In this document: positions 48,839 to 57,605 of the stretch, piece after piece
Position numbering within the stretch: position 1 is the stretch's first letter
How the letters are laid out: every line of letters begins with the position of its first letter
NCBI GenBank assembly: GCA_964408805.1
Contig: CAYPAV010000005.1
Location: forward strand, 4,476 to 68,475
DNA length: 64,000 bases
Source of the DNA: an uncultured Rhodospirillaceae bacterium
Lineage (GTDB): Bacteria; Pseudomonadota; Alphaproteobacteria; UBA8366
Direction: 5' to 3'
The notes under the pieces: model-generated
Seen by the model: only the letters and a program-made list of their open reading frames with translations
Told to the model about the DNA's origin: nothing
The model's database searches: none
Translations under genes and position numbers: made by a program

Positions 48839-49136
48839 CCGTGGGATCGCTTGTGCTCGAAACGGAGGTCGTCGTCATCATGCACCTGGAGTTCGATCGC
48901 CGCGCGCCGCATCGACACATCGACGAGATAAATCCACTAGACAGGCGAGTGTTAGGGCCGCCGCAAGAATTGGCCGCCACCTGTCCAACGCTTGGTATAG
49001 ATGCGGCCTTGCAAGGGCCTGACAGGCGAACTCTTCCCTAGACGGTCTCATCTACGCAATTCCCTGGCGCATCATACGAATCCGCAACATATCGACCGTG
49101 GAAGACGAAGGGTGCGCCTTCGCTCCCAGCCGGGGT

Positions 49137-49898
49137 CTAATCCTGGCCTCGCAGCCGGTCGATCAAACGAACAAGCGAGCCATCCCGGATCATATCGTCC
49201 ACCGTACGATCGAATTTCCCGATAAAGGCATTGGCGAATGGCGATTTCTTGGAGACGAGAAGGGCGAACCGCATGCCGCCGAACGTCTTGCCAAGGGTCG
49301 TCAGGCGATTTCCGAGATCGAGCTTTCGAATTTCGTGCAAGGCGACGGCCATGGGCTGAATCATGACGTCCATCCGGCCCCTGTCGATCAAGCGGAGGCA
49401 CGTCTCCGCATCGGGCAATCGGTAGAATTCGATCGCATGCTTCTTATAAAATCGGCCCGCCCAAGCGTTTCCAACAAGATCGCAAACCTTCAACGATCTG
49501 ATCGTGTCCACATCGGGGTTGGACGCCAGCCGGCCGTGCGCTTCAGAGCCCGTCTTCACCGTGGCGCGCATCTCAAACTCGTAGAGGATGTTGCGGGACC
49601 GCTCGGTATAGCCGAGACGTCCTTCCGTCGGTACGGTGACGAGCGCATCGAGCTTTCCGCTCTTTACGAAGATTTGGGCGCGTTTCCAGGGCGACCCGAA
49701 GACGGCCACCTCGATGCCCATCCGCTTTTCGACGATTTCACGGACAAGCTTCGGCAGGATACCGTCCGCCGCTTTCCCGGTTCCGATCGAGTAGGGCGGC
49801 CACTCGCTATTGACCGAAAGCTTGAAAGATTCGGCCGCCGAGGCCGACATGAAACTCGCGACCGATAACATGATCGCGGAAATGATTCCTACTCTCAT
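49137..49898 (-). CDS. periplasmic solute-binding protein (family 3 / amino-acid ABC-type SBP-like), probable sensor partner
   Basis: The signal peptide reads MRVGIISAIMLSVASFMSASAAE. The SBP_bac_3-like pattern is ...EWPPYS...GSPWKRAQIFVKSGKLDALV.... It lies directly upstream of the kinase on the same strand. Confidence 0.75.
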   Translation of the reverse strand: MRVGIISAIMLSVASFMSASAAESFKLSVNSEWPPYSIGTGKAADGILPKLVREIVEKRMGIEVAVFGSPWKRAQIFVKSGKLDALVTVPTEGRLGYTERSRNILYEFEMRATVKTGSEAHGRLASNPDVDTIRSLKVCDLVGNAWAGRFYKKHAIEFYRLPDAETCLRLIDRGRMDVMIQPMAVALHEIRKLDLGNRLTTLGKTFGGMRFALLVSKKSPFANAFIGKFDRTVDDMIRDGSLVRLIDRLRGQD

Positions 49899-49936
49899 AC
49901 CGTATTTAAACGGAATTCAGAGAGCATTAAAACCTA

Positions 49937-50209
49937 TTATCGTAAAGCGACAGCGTCCTCGCTAGCGTGCTTGGGAACGCTCCGGCCTTCGGCCGCAAGT
50001 ACTCGCAATCCCTTCGGCGTCACCCGCACCATGGACCCGCTCCCCGTCGATTGCTCGCGCACGAGCAGGCCTTGGTCGACGGCATCTTCCCAGATGGTCA
50101 ACCGCGGACAGGAGGTACGCCAAGCGTCCATCACCTCGGCATAACTCTTGGGGCCGGTCGCGACCCATTCGACCAGATCGAAAACCAAAGGCTGCGTGAC
50201 TGTATTCAC
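49937..50209 (-). CDS. small conserved hypothetical protein (winged-helix-like)
   Basis: (V)NTVTQPLVFDLVEWVATGPKSYAEVMDAWRTSCPRLTIWEDAVDQGLLV.... A GTG at 50209 is preceded by gaaggagag. The function is unknown. Confidence 0.5.
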   Translation of the reverse strand: MNTVTQPLVFDLVEWVATGPKSYAEVMDAWRTSCPRLTIWEDAVDQGLLVREQSTGSGSMVRVTPKGLRVLAAEGRSVPKHASEDAVALR

Positions 50210-50276
50210 GGATGCTCTCCTTCGATGGGCCGCCACAATAGCATGTTCGCACCCGGCGGAAAGTCCGTCTTATGCC

Positions 50277-51887
50277 CTATCGGCGCGCTTCGGCGACGCC
50301 GCCGCCGCCACGGGGGTCGGCGCCACCCCGCCAGTTACCGGCCGCATCGACCGCGACGACATGGGCCCTCGACATCACCGGGTCGAAGCTGATCGGCGAG
50401 TGCAGCACCTTATGGCCCAGGCTCGTCAACTCCCGAACCACCGATCCCTCGACCCGCGCCTCGGCATGAAGACCCGCCCCCTCGCAATGGATCCGCGGCA
50501 CGGTCACCGCCTCGACCGGCGACATGCCAAAATCGACGATATTGAGGATCGCCTGCAAAACGGCGCTGATGATGACACTGCCGCCGGGCGCGCCGACGAT
50601 GATCGCGGGCTTGGTGTCCTTGAACAGCATCGTCGGCACCATCCCCGTGGTCCGCGCCTTTCCGGGTGCCATCGAATTGGCGCGCCCCGGCACGGGATCG
50701 AAGAGCTTCATCGAGTTGTTGTAAACGAAACCGAGTCCCGGAGTGACGACACCCGACCCGGTACCGATCGTATGGGTGCAGGAGACCGCGTTACCGGCCT
50801 GGTCATAAACCGAGAGATGCGTGGTGCATGAAGGTGGCGATTCCTTGCCGTCGCCGAGAAAGGCCCCGCCCTTGATCTTTTCGGCCCATTCGGCGGCGCG
50901 GTCCCTCGAGGTCAACATCTCGACCGGAACATCCGCGAAATTGGGATCGGCGAGATAGCGGTTGCGATCGCGGTGCGCAGCCGCCATGGCGCGCGCGACG
51001 AGATCGAGATGCCCCGCAGAACCATGGCCGAGCGCGCCGAGATCGAAATGCTCTAGAATCTGCAGCATTTGGATCAGCGTGACTCCGCTGCCAGGCGGCG
51101 GATTGGAGGAAACGTCATACTCCCTATAGCCACCCTTGACCGGATCGCACTCGACGGGCGTGAAGGAGGCTAGATCGTCCGGCGTGACGTAGGCGCCATT
51201 TCCCGCGAGGTCGTCCGCGATCCTTCCACCAAGCGCGCCCCGGTAGAATTCATCGGCGCCGCCATCCGCGATTCGCGCCAGCGTGTCGCCGTAATCCGGG
51301 TTGCGCTGGACCTCTCCGACATCGAGGAACCGACCGTCCGCATTCAGGTAAATTTGCTTGCACGCCTCGGTCCGCGAGACTCGGGTCACGCCGTCGGGCA
51401 AACCCGCCATGGCTTTCCGGGTCCAGAATTCCCGCACATAAGGGGTCATTTCGAAACCCTCCCGCGCGAGATCGATCGCCGGCGCCAACAAATCCGCCCA
51501 GGGCTTGGTACAGAACCGCCGGTGGGCCGTCCAGAAACCCGCCACCGTCCCCGGCGTCAAGATCGAGGTGTAGCCCAACTCGCTGCGAAAATCGTCGAAC
51601 AGGGTATAGCCCGATATTTCCGTCCGGCCCCGCATGTCGGCCAGCCACATATCCGGGACCACCTTGGCCCCGGCGGTCGCGTGAAAATCGATCATGCCGT
51701 TCTCGCCGGTGGCGGCATCGAAGTACTGGAAACTCCCCATGCCGCCGACCCCGCACATGAAGGGATCGACGATCATCTGCGCGAAGGCGGTGGCGATCGC
51801 CGCGTCGAAAGCATTGCCTCCCGATTCCAAAATCGCCACCCCTACATCGGCGGCGCGCGGCTGCGGACAAACGACGATACCTTTCAT
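50277..51887 (-). CDS. ggt: gamma-glutamyltransferase family protein
   Basis: MKGIVVCPQPRAADVGVAILESGGNAFDAAIATAF.... The autoprocessing Thr context reads PPSCTTHLSVYD. ...GAPGGSVIISAVLQ. The start is re-set to the ATG at 51887. Confidence 0.88.
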   Translation of the reverse strand: MKGIVVCPQPRAADVGVAILESGGNAFDAAIATAFAQMIVDPFMCGVGGMGSFQYFDAATGENGMIDFHATAGAKVVPDMWLADMRGRTEISGYTLFDDFRSELGYTSILTPGTVAGFWTAHRRFCTKPWADLLAPAIDLAREGFEMTPYVREFWTRKAMAGLPDGVTRVSRTEACKQIYLNADGRFLDVGEVQRNPDYGDTLARIADGGADEFYRGALGGRIADDLAGNGAYVTPDDLASFTPVECDPVKGGYREYDVSSNPPPGSGVTLIQMLQILEHFDLGALGHGSAGHLDLVARAMAAAHRDRNRYLADPNFADVPVEMLTSRDRAAEWAEKIKGGAFLGDGKESPPSCTTHLSVYDQAGNAVSCTHTIGTGSGVVTPGLGFVYNNSMKLFDPVPGRANSMAPGKARTTGMVPTMLFKDTKPAIIVGAPGGSVIISAVLQAILNIVDFGMSPVEAVTVPRIHCEGAGLHAEARVEGSVVRELTSLGHKVLHSPISFDPVMSRAHVVAVDAAGNWRGGADPRGGGGVAEARR

Positions 51888-52124
51888 TCGGAAAATCCCT
51901 TCCGGAAATCGGCGGTACGGACTGTTTCCTATAGATATAGACGCCGCGCCGGGATTGGCGTCCCGCGTTCCGGTATTAGCTTGAAGAGCCCCGGAGCGGG
52001 TCATCACCGGGTAACGGAAGTAAATCGAGATCAGCGATCCGCCGGCAGGCGGCGGCCAATTCCGCTTCGAGATCAGCCATGTCGGATCTGACCGACGCGA
52101 GTTCCCGCCGGAGATTGGCGACAA

Positions 52125-53339
52125 GTGATTCCATTTCGCTTTCGGCGAAGCCGGCCTCGGCGCGTTTCCGGGCCAGATCCACGAGCATCAACCCGTCGAG
52201 TTTGCCGCAGAAACCGGGCTCGCGGATGCGCGCCGCCCAATTCCGGAGCTCCAAAACCCGTTCCTCACCCGACCAATCGGTTCGAAGAGCCGCCGCGAAA
52301 TGTAGACTTGTTGCCCGCGGCAGCGTCGCGAAGCGGAGATCCGGAAAAGGGATTCACTCCCGATCTGATCTGCGCCGGGGCACTTTGGGGCGAAAGCCTG
52401 TATCTGCGGGAGCTGTTCCCGAAAGCGAAGATCTTAACCTATCTCGAATTCTTCTATCGGGGGGAAGGCACCGGGCTCGACTTCGACAAGACGCGCATGC
52501 CGGGTCCCGAGGTCACTTTACGCCTGCTCACCAAGAACGCGGGCATCAGCTGGTCCGCCGCGATCATGGATTGGGGGATTACCTCCCTCGATTGGCAGCG
52601 CGACCTTTTCCCGGCCATCCTGCAACCTCGAATTAGCGTGATCCACGAAGGCATCGATACCGAGCGTGCCGCACCGGAAACGGCGAAAATCACGATTGAC
52701 GGAACCGGCGTCAGCCTTACCGAGAAGGACGAGGTGGTCACTTTTGCCGCCCGGTTCTTGGAGAAGCTGCGCGGTGTCGAGGGATTTCTCCAGGCCGTAC
52801 CCGAAATACTCGCACGGCGGCCGAAGGCGCGGATCCTCGTGATCGGTAGCGAGGTCGACAAGGACCCGCTTTGGACGTCTGAGACCGGCGAGAGCCTGAT
52901 GGCGTCGATCCGAGGGCAATGGAGTGATGATGTGGACACGAGCAGGATCCATTTCATAGGAAGACTCGATCACGACCGCTTCCTCGAGGTTCTCAAGGTC
53001 TCCTCGGTCCATGTCTATCTCACCTACCCCTTCATCCTGTCCTGGTCGATGCTGGAAGCCATGGCCTGCGGCGCAGCACCCGTCGGGTCGGACAACCCGC
53101 CGGTGACCGAGATCATCACCCAAGGTGAAAACGGGTTATTGGTGGATTTCTTCGATCCCTCCGCGATCGCCGAAGCGGTCTCGGGCCTCCTCGCCGATTC
53201 CAATCGCCGGCGGGCCCTTGCCGCGGCGGCCCGACGAACCATTGTCGAGAGATACGACCTCCGAACCGTCTGCCTGCCACGGCAATTGAACCTGATCGGT
53301 CAGCTGATGGCGGGGAACGAACTGGGGCGCAACGCGTGA
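52125..53339 (+). CDS. glycosyltransferase (GT4/GT1-type), apparently lacking the usual N-terminal ~100 residues; possibly a pseudogene
   Basis: Recognisable from about 52360 onward: GFTPDLICAGALWGESLYLRELFP...VIHEGIDT...HFIGRLDHDRFLEVLKVSSVHVYLTYPFILSWSMLEAMACGAAPVGSD...GENGLLVDFFD. The upstream in-frame sequence is Arg/Pro-rich and not protein-like. The true start is unknown. Confidence 0.6.
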   Translation: MIPFRFRRSRPRRVSGPDPRASTRRVCRRNRARGCAPPNSGAPKPVPHPTNRFEEPPRNVDLLPAAASRSGDPEKGFTPDLICAGALWGESLYLRELFPKAKILTYLEFFYRGEGTGLDFDKTRMPGPEVTLRLLTKNAGISWSAAIMDWGITSLDWQRDLFPAILQPRISVIHEGIDTERAAPETAKITIDGTGVSLTEKDEVVTFAARFLEKLRGVEGFLQAVPEILARRPKARILVIGSEVDKDPLWTSETGESLMASIRGQWSDDVDTSRIHFIGRLDHDRFLEVLKVSSVHVYLTYPFILSWSMLEAMACGAAPVGSDNPPVTEIITQGENGLLVDFFDPSAIAEAVSGLLADSNRRRALAAAARRTIVERYDLRTVCLPRQLNLIGQLMAGNELGRNA

Positions 53340-53379
53340 TCACGACCGATCGCGGCAACCGGCACCTTCGATCCAAGAC

Positions 53380-54639
53380 GTGATGACGCCTGACCAAACT
53401 CACGCCCCGGCGGCCTCCGGCTACGCCCAACTTATTCGCGCGAACCCTTGGATCTTGAGTTTCGGGTTCCTGATGGCGCTCGGTTCCAGCTTCGGCCAGA
53501 CCTTTTTCATCGGCGTGTTCGGTCCCGCGATCGAGACTACGTTCGGTCTCTCCCATGCGGGCTGGGGATCGATCTACATGGCGGGAACGCTCCTCTCGGC
53601 CCTGTTGCTGCCCTTCACCGGACGGTTGATCGACCGAATGCCGCTCGCGCGCTACGCCATCCTCGTCTGCATCGGCCTTGCGGCGGCGACGCTGGCCGCC
53701 GCACTCTGCCCGGCCGCGATCTTCCTGATCCCGGTCGTCTTCCTGCTGCGCCAGTCGGGCCAGGGCCTGGCAAGCCACGTCGCCATCACCGCGATGGTGA
53801 AGGCCTTCGACCGAAACCGGGGAAAGGCGGTCGCCATCGCGACATTGGGTTTTCCGGCCGGCCGCGCGGTCATGCCGTTCTGCGCCGTGGCCGCGATCGC
53901 GGCGATCGGCTGGCGGGCGACCTTCGCCCTCTCCGCCGTCCTGGTCGTGGTCCTGATGATCCCGGCGGTCATCTGGCTGCTGCGACGCGACACCGCGAGC
54001 CGGCCGGCGGGGGTGGAACTGGAAGATGGCCCGCCGGTGGCGGCGCGCGGACTCGCCGTGCCGGACCGCACCCTCGGCGAGGTTCTCCGCCATCCCTTCT
54101 TCTATCTGATCCTGCCGGGCATCCTGGGTCCGTCCTTCATCGAGACGGCCCTCTTCTTCCACCAGCTCTCGATCGCGGAGTCCAAGGGCTGGTCGGCGGA
54201 ATGGGTCACCGCCGGTTATGCGGTCTTCGCCCTGATGACGACGCTGGTCACATTGATGGCGGGTCCGCTGATCGACCGGATCGGAGCCACCCGCCTGCTG
54301 CCGCTGGTCCTGATGCCTCTGGTGGTGGGTGTCCTGGTGCTGGCGTATCTCGATCATGCGATATGGGCTTGGGTTTATCTGGCGCTCGCGGGGATTGGCT
54401 CGGGGGCCATGCGGATCGTGCAACCGGTCATGTTCGCGGAATTGTTCGGCACCGGACATATCGGCGCCATCCGAAGTGCCGCCGCCACCCTCAGCGTCTT
54501 CGCCTCCGCGCTCGGACCGCCGGCCCTGGGCTTGATGATGGATGCCGGGATCGCCTTCGCGCCGATGGGGCTGGGCGCCGCCCTCTACCTCGTCGCCGCT
54601 AGTCTCGTGATGTGGTACGCCTGCCGGTACCGACGTTAA
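53380..54639 (+). CDS. MFS transporter
   Basis: A 419-aa ORF with about 12 hydrophobic segments. LPFTGRLIDRMPL is an MFS motif-A-like loop. Confidence 0.85.
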   Translation: MMTPDQTHAPAASGYAQLIRANPWILSFGFLMALGSSFGQTFFIGVFGPAIETTFGLSHAGWGSIYMAGTLLSALLLPFTGRLIDRMPLARYAILVCIGLAAATLAAALCPAAIFLIPVVFLLRQSGQGLASHVAITAMVKAFDRNRGKAVAIATLGFPAGRAVMPFCAVAAIAAIGWRATFALSAVLVVVLMIPAVIWLLRRDTASRPAGVELEDGPPVAARGLAVPDRTLGEVLRHPFFYLILPGILGPSFIETALFFHQLSIAESKGWSAEWVTAGYAVFALMTTLVTLMAGPLIDRIGATRLLPLVLMPLVVGVLVLAYLDHAIWAWVYLALAGIGSGAMRIVQPVMFAELFGTGHIGAIRSAAATLSVFASALGPPALGLMMDAGIAFAPMGLGAALYLVAASLVMWYACRYRR

Positions 54640-54651
54640 TCGGGGGCCCGC

Positions 54652-55014
54652 TTAGCTCCCGGGCGTCATCACCTCGCGGATTTCGTGACGGCGGTTCGTG
54701 GTATGGGGCCGGACCTCGCTCGCCCAGCGGCCTTTTTCCGACTCCGCCGACCAGGCGTCGCTCGTCAGCACCGCCGGGTCGTCGATTTCGTAGACCGCCA
54801 TATAGGTCGCCGAGACGCCGTCCGCCTTGCTGCCCTGGGCGCCGCCGAATGTCGTCGGCGCATCGACCAATTTGAGCCGGCTAACGGACCGCACGCCCGG
54901 CACCCGGCTCAAATAAGGCACGTGCTCGGTGTCGTAGACCTCGTTGAAGAGCGCTTCCTGCTCCGCCGTGACGTCCATGGTGACCATGAAGAGATACTTT
55001 GTTTCATAGGGCAT
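54652..55014 (-). CDS. small hypothetical protein, possibly a dimeric alpha/beta-barrel (EthD/DUF4286-like)
   Basis: MPYETKYLFMVTMDVTAEQEALFNEVYDTEHVPYLSRVPGV.... The ATG at 55014 follows gaggagga. It lies directly downstream of the CitE-like gene. Confidence 0.5.
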   Translation of the reverse strand: MPYETKYLFMVTMDVTAEQEALFNEVYDTEHVPYLSRVPGVRSVSRLKLVDAPTTFGGAQGSKADGVSATYMAVYEIDDPAVLTSDAWSAESEKGRWASEVRPHTTNRRHEIREVMTPGS

Positions 55015-55031
55015 TTCCTCGTCCTCCTCGT

Positions 55032-55895
55032 TCAAGCGCCGACCCGTTCGGCAACCGCCAACAGGCGATGCATCGAACGCAAGACCGGCTTTTCGATCAG
55101 TTTTCCATCGACCACGACCAACCCCGTCTCCGCCTTATCAAAGGCTTCGACGATGCGCTCCGCATGGGCGATCTCATCGGCGGTCGGCGAGAAGATCTCG
55201 TTCAAGATCGGCACCTGCTTCGGGTGGATCGACCCCTTGCCGGAAAAACCGAGATCCCTTGCGGCCTCGGCCTCTCGGCGCATGCCGTCAAGATTTTCGA
55301 GATCGAGATAGGGAACGTCGATCACGTCGAGCCCGGCACCCGCCGCCGCGTGGACGACGCGCGAACGCGCATAGAGAAGATTTTCCCAAGTATCGCGGCA
55401 CCGCAGTTCCGCCGCCATGTCGACCCCACCGAAGAACATGGCATCCATGCGCCGGCTCGCCTGGCCGATCTCATAGGCCGCCTCGAGCCCCTGATTGGTT
55501 TCGATGATGGCGTGGAGGCGGATCTCGACATCGTGCTCGTCGAACATCTCGTCCAGCGCCTTGATCTCGTCGGGCGATTTGACCTTGGGCAGCATGATCG
55601 CCGGCGGCGGCGTGGCGCCGGCGACAATGGCCTGGAGATCGGCCATGCCCTCGGGCGTACGGGTGCAATTGATGCGGACGATCCGCTCAACCCCGTCATC
55701 GGCCTGTGGGGTCTGGAACAGCGCCATGGTGCGTTCGCGCGAGATATCCTTGTGCTGGGGCGCGATCGCGTCCTCAAGGTCGATACAAACAATATCCGCG
55801 CCCGTGGTCAGCGCCTTTGGAAACATCTCTGGCTGGAAACCCGGCACGAAGATGAAACTCCGCCTCGCCTGGAACGCATTCGCCGCTTCGCTCAT
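55032..55895 (-). CDS. HpcH/HpaI aldolase / citrate lyase beta (CitE-like CoA-ester lyase) family protein
   Basis: RRSFIFVPGFQPEMFPKALTTGADIVCIDLEDAIAP...LPKVKSPDE...FFGGVDMAAEL. Confidence 0.85.
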   Translation of the reverse strand: MSEAANAFQARRSFIFVPGFQPEMFPKALTTGADIVCIDLEDAIAPQHKDISRERTMALFQTPQADDGVERIVRINCTRTPEGMADLQAIVAGATPPPAIMLPKVKSPDEIKALDEMFDEHDVEIRLHAIIETNQGLEAAYEIGQASRRMDAMFFGGVDMAAELRCRDTWENLLYARSRVVHAAAGAGLDVIDVPYLDLENLDGMRREAEAARDLGFSGKGSIHPKQVPILNEIFSPTADEIAHAERIVEAFDKAETGLVVVDGKLIEKPVLRSMHRLLAVAERVGA

Positions 55896-55971
55896 GATAA
55901 ATTGCCTCTCCCCACAACCCATGCCTTCCGACCGATGCCGAGTGTGACTACCTATCTCTTAATTTGAAGAA

Positions 55972-56023
55972 AATGGCCGTCCCGACAAGACCCGAGCTTG
56001 TGACCATCGCCAGGTGAAGGTGG
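55972..56023 (-). repeat. degenerate copy of the 3' half of tRNA-Val (att-like scar or tRNA pseudogene fragment)
   Basis: An ungapped hand alignment to 57057-57108 gives 38/52 identities, and 31/38 in the core. The T-stem ACAAG/CTTGT is preserved, with 3 of 7 loop positions changed. Confidence 0.6.
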
Positions 56024-56165
56024 TTCATGCACATCTCACCGCACTAAATCAATGCTTTGCAAGAGCTCATCGGGACATAAATGGTAATGGAAATTCCGCC
56101 TCCAGTTCAGTATTGGTGTTGTCGCCCAATCGAAGGTTCAAACTCGAATTCAAAGGAACGAATAG

Positions 56166-56810
56166 ATGGATATGGTCCGCCTTGATCCGCCCGCGGAACT
56201 GACGATGCCAATCGGCGAAGCGATGTTCAGTCAGCGAGCGACACGCCGGCTAGACCCGAATCGCCCTGTCTCCGATGCACATTTGGAAATCATTTTGAAC
56301 GCGGCCTCCAAAGCGCCGAACGGCGGCAACGCCCAACCGGCACGCTATCTGGTCGTTCGAGATCGCACCGCCATCAGCGAGTTCGGCAAACTCTATTTCG
56401 AGGCATGGTGGGCCAAACGTCGAGACGCCTATGGTTGGACCGGCAAGGACGACATTCCGGAGAATTCGGTTTATCGCTTGCCCGCGCTGCTGGCGGATGA
56501 AATGGCCAACGCGCCCGTGGTGATTCTCGTGTACTCGAAACCGTCCGGTGTCGCGGCTTCGTCCACCTTCCCGGGCGTACAGAATTTGCTGCTGTCGGCC
56601 CGCGCACTCGGCCTCGGCAGCGTGCTGACCACCCTACACCCGCAAGTCATGGAACGCGTCAACGCGATGTTTGGGGTCCCCGAGGAAATGGTCTTTCACT
56701 GCTGCATTCCCCTTGGGTATCCGCGCGGTAAGTTCGGGCCAACCAGCCGGCTGCCCACCAGTACAACGACCTCGTGGGATCGCTGGGAGCAACCGCCACC
56801 CTGGAAGTAA
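56166..56810 (+). CDS. nitroreductase family protein
   Basis: AMFSQRATRRLDPNRPVSDAHLEIILNAASKAPNGGNAQPARYLVVRD. Confidence 0.85.
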   Translation: MDMVRLDPPAELTMPIGEAMFSQRATRRLDPNRPVSDAHLEIILNAASKAPNGGNAQPARYLVVRDRTAISEFGKLYFEAWWAKRRDAYGWTGKDDIPENSVYRLPALLADEMANAPVVILVYSKPSGVAASSTFPGVQNLLLSARALGLGSVLTTLHPQVMERVNAMFGVPEEMVFHCCIPLGYPRGKFGPTSRLPTSTTTSWDRWEQPPPWK

Positions 56811-57058
56811 TGCACGGCGGAATAGCCGCCGAAAGCTCCTTGATTTCGAATGTCGCGAATTCGATGTCCGAAAGCCCTCGGTAAGGGAAAGGAATTCGAA
56901 AACGGCTATTTGGGCCGGAGCCGGTGGCATTCCTATTGCGAAATCTTGGCCGCCGATCCAGTGCGGCGCTCTAGTAGGAACGTTACCCGCCACCATGCTC
57001 CAAGCGAATTTCGCCCTGAAGTTCAGGCTGAAAAAACTACCGCAAGTATTTGAGGGAA

Positions 57059-57135
57059 TGGTGGGTCCGACAAGACTTGAACTTGTGACCTCCGCCATGT
57101 CAAGACGGCGCTCTAGCCAGCTGAGCTACGGACCC
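57059..57135 (-). tRNA. tRNA-Val (anticodon GAC), CCA encoded
   Basis: The reverse complement is GGGUCCGUAGCUCAGCUGGCUAGAGCGCCGUCUUGACAUGGCGGAGGUCACAAGUUCAAGUCUUGUCGGACCCACCA. It folds by hand into a cloverleaf with a 7-bp acceptor stem and a GCUC/GAGC D-stem. The anticodon stem is CCGUC/GGCGG with loop UUGACAU. The T-arm is ACAAG-UUCAAGU-CUUGU. Confidence 0.92.
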
Positions 57136-57236
57136 TCCGCAGCCGTCCCGGTCAATACCGGGCGAGGCGGGGATTTAGCACCAATCATGGGCGCGTTCAA
57201 GTCTCCGGAATGCCGCCGCCCGGGCGGTACGGCACC

Positions 57237-57605
57237 CTATGCGCGGTTGGCCGGCAGCATTCGCTTCACGGTGCGGATCAGATCCTGCAGTCCGAACGGC
57301 TTCGACAGAACCCGCACGTCTTCCGACAGCAGGCCGTCTTCGTTGATGACCTTGTTGGCATAACCGGTCACGAAGAGAACCGGCAAATCGGATTGGCCGT
57401 CGCGCGCCCGTCGCGCGAGGGAGATGCCGTCCAATCCCGGAATATCCACATCGGCGAGCAATAGATCGAATTCGTCGTCGCCGATCCGCGCCATCGCTTC
57501 CTTGCCGTTTCGAACCGCGGTGACGTCATGGTCGTTGCGGTCCAGAGCCTCGCTGAGGAATTCGCGCATGGAGTCATCGTCTTCGGCGACCAGGATTCGA
57601 GCCAT
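57237..57605 (-). CDS. cpdR: single-domain response regulator, CpdR-like
   Basis: MARILVAEDDDSMREFL...DLLLADVDIPGLDGISLARRA...VLFVTGYA...VLSKPFGLQDLIRTVKRML closely resembles Caulobacter CpdR as I remember it. The start is re-set to the ATG at 57605. Confidence 0.7.
   Translation of the reverse strand: MARILVAEDDDSMREFLSEALDRNDHDVTAVRNGKEAMARIGDDEFDLLLADVDIPGLDGISLARRARDGQSDLPVLFVTGYANKVINEDGLLSEDVRVLSKPFGLQDLIRTVKRMLPANRA

Noticed and set aside
48875-48880. The tandem TGA-TGA upstream of the kinase, read as selenocysteine or programmed recoding.
   Set aside because: Two adjacent UGA codons occur in an Arg/Pro-rich stretch that is not protein-like. I could find no SECIS-like hairpin immediately downstream. 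Decay of a truncated 5' region is the simpler explanation.
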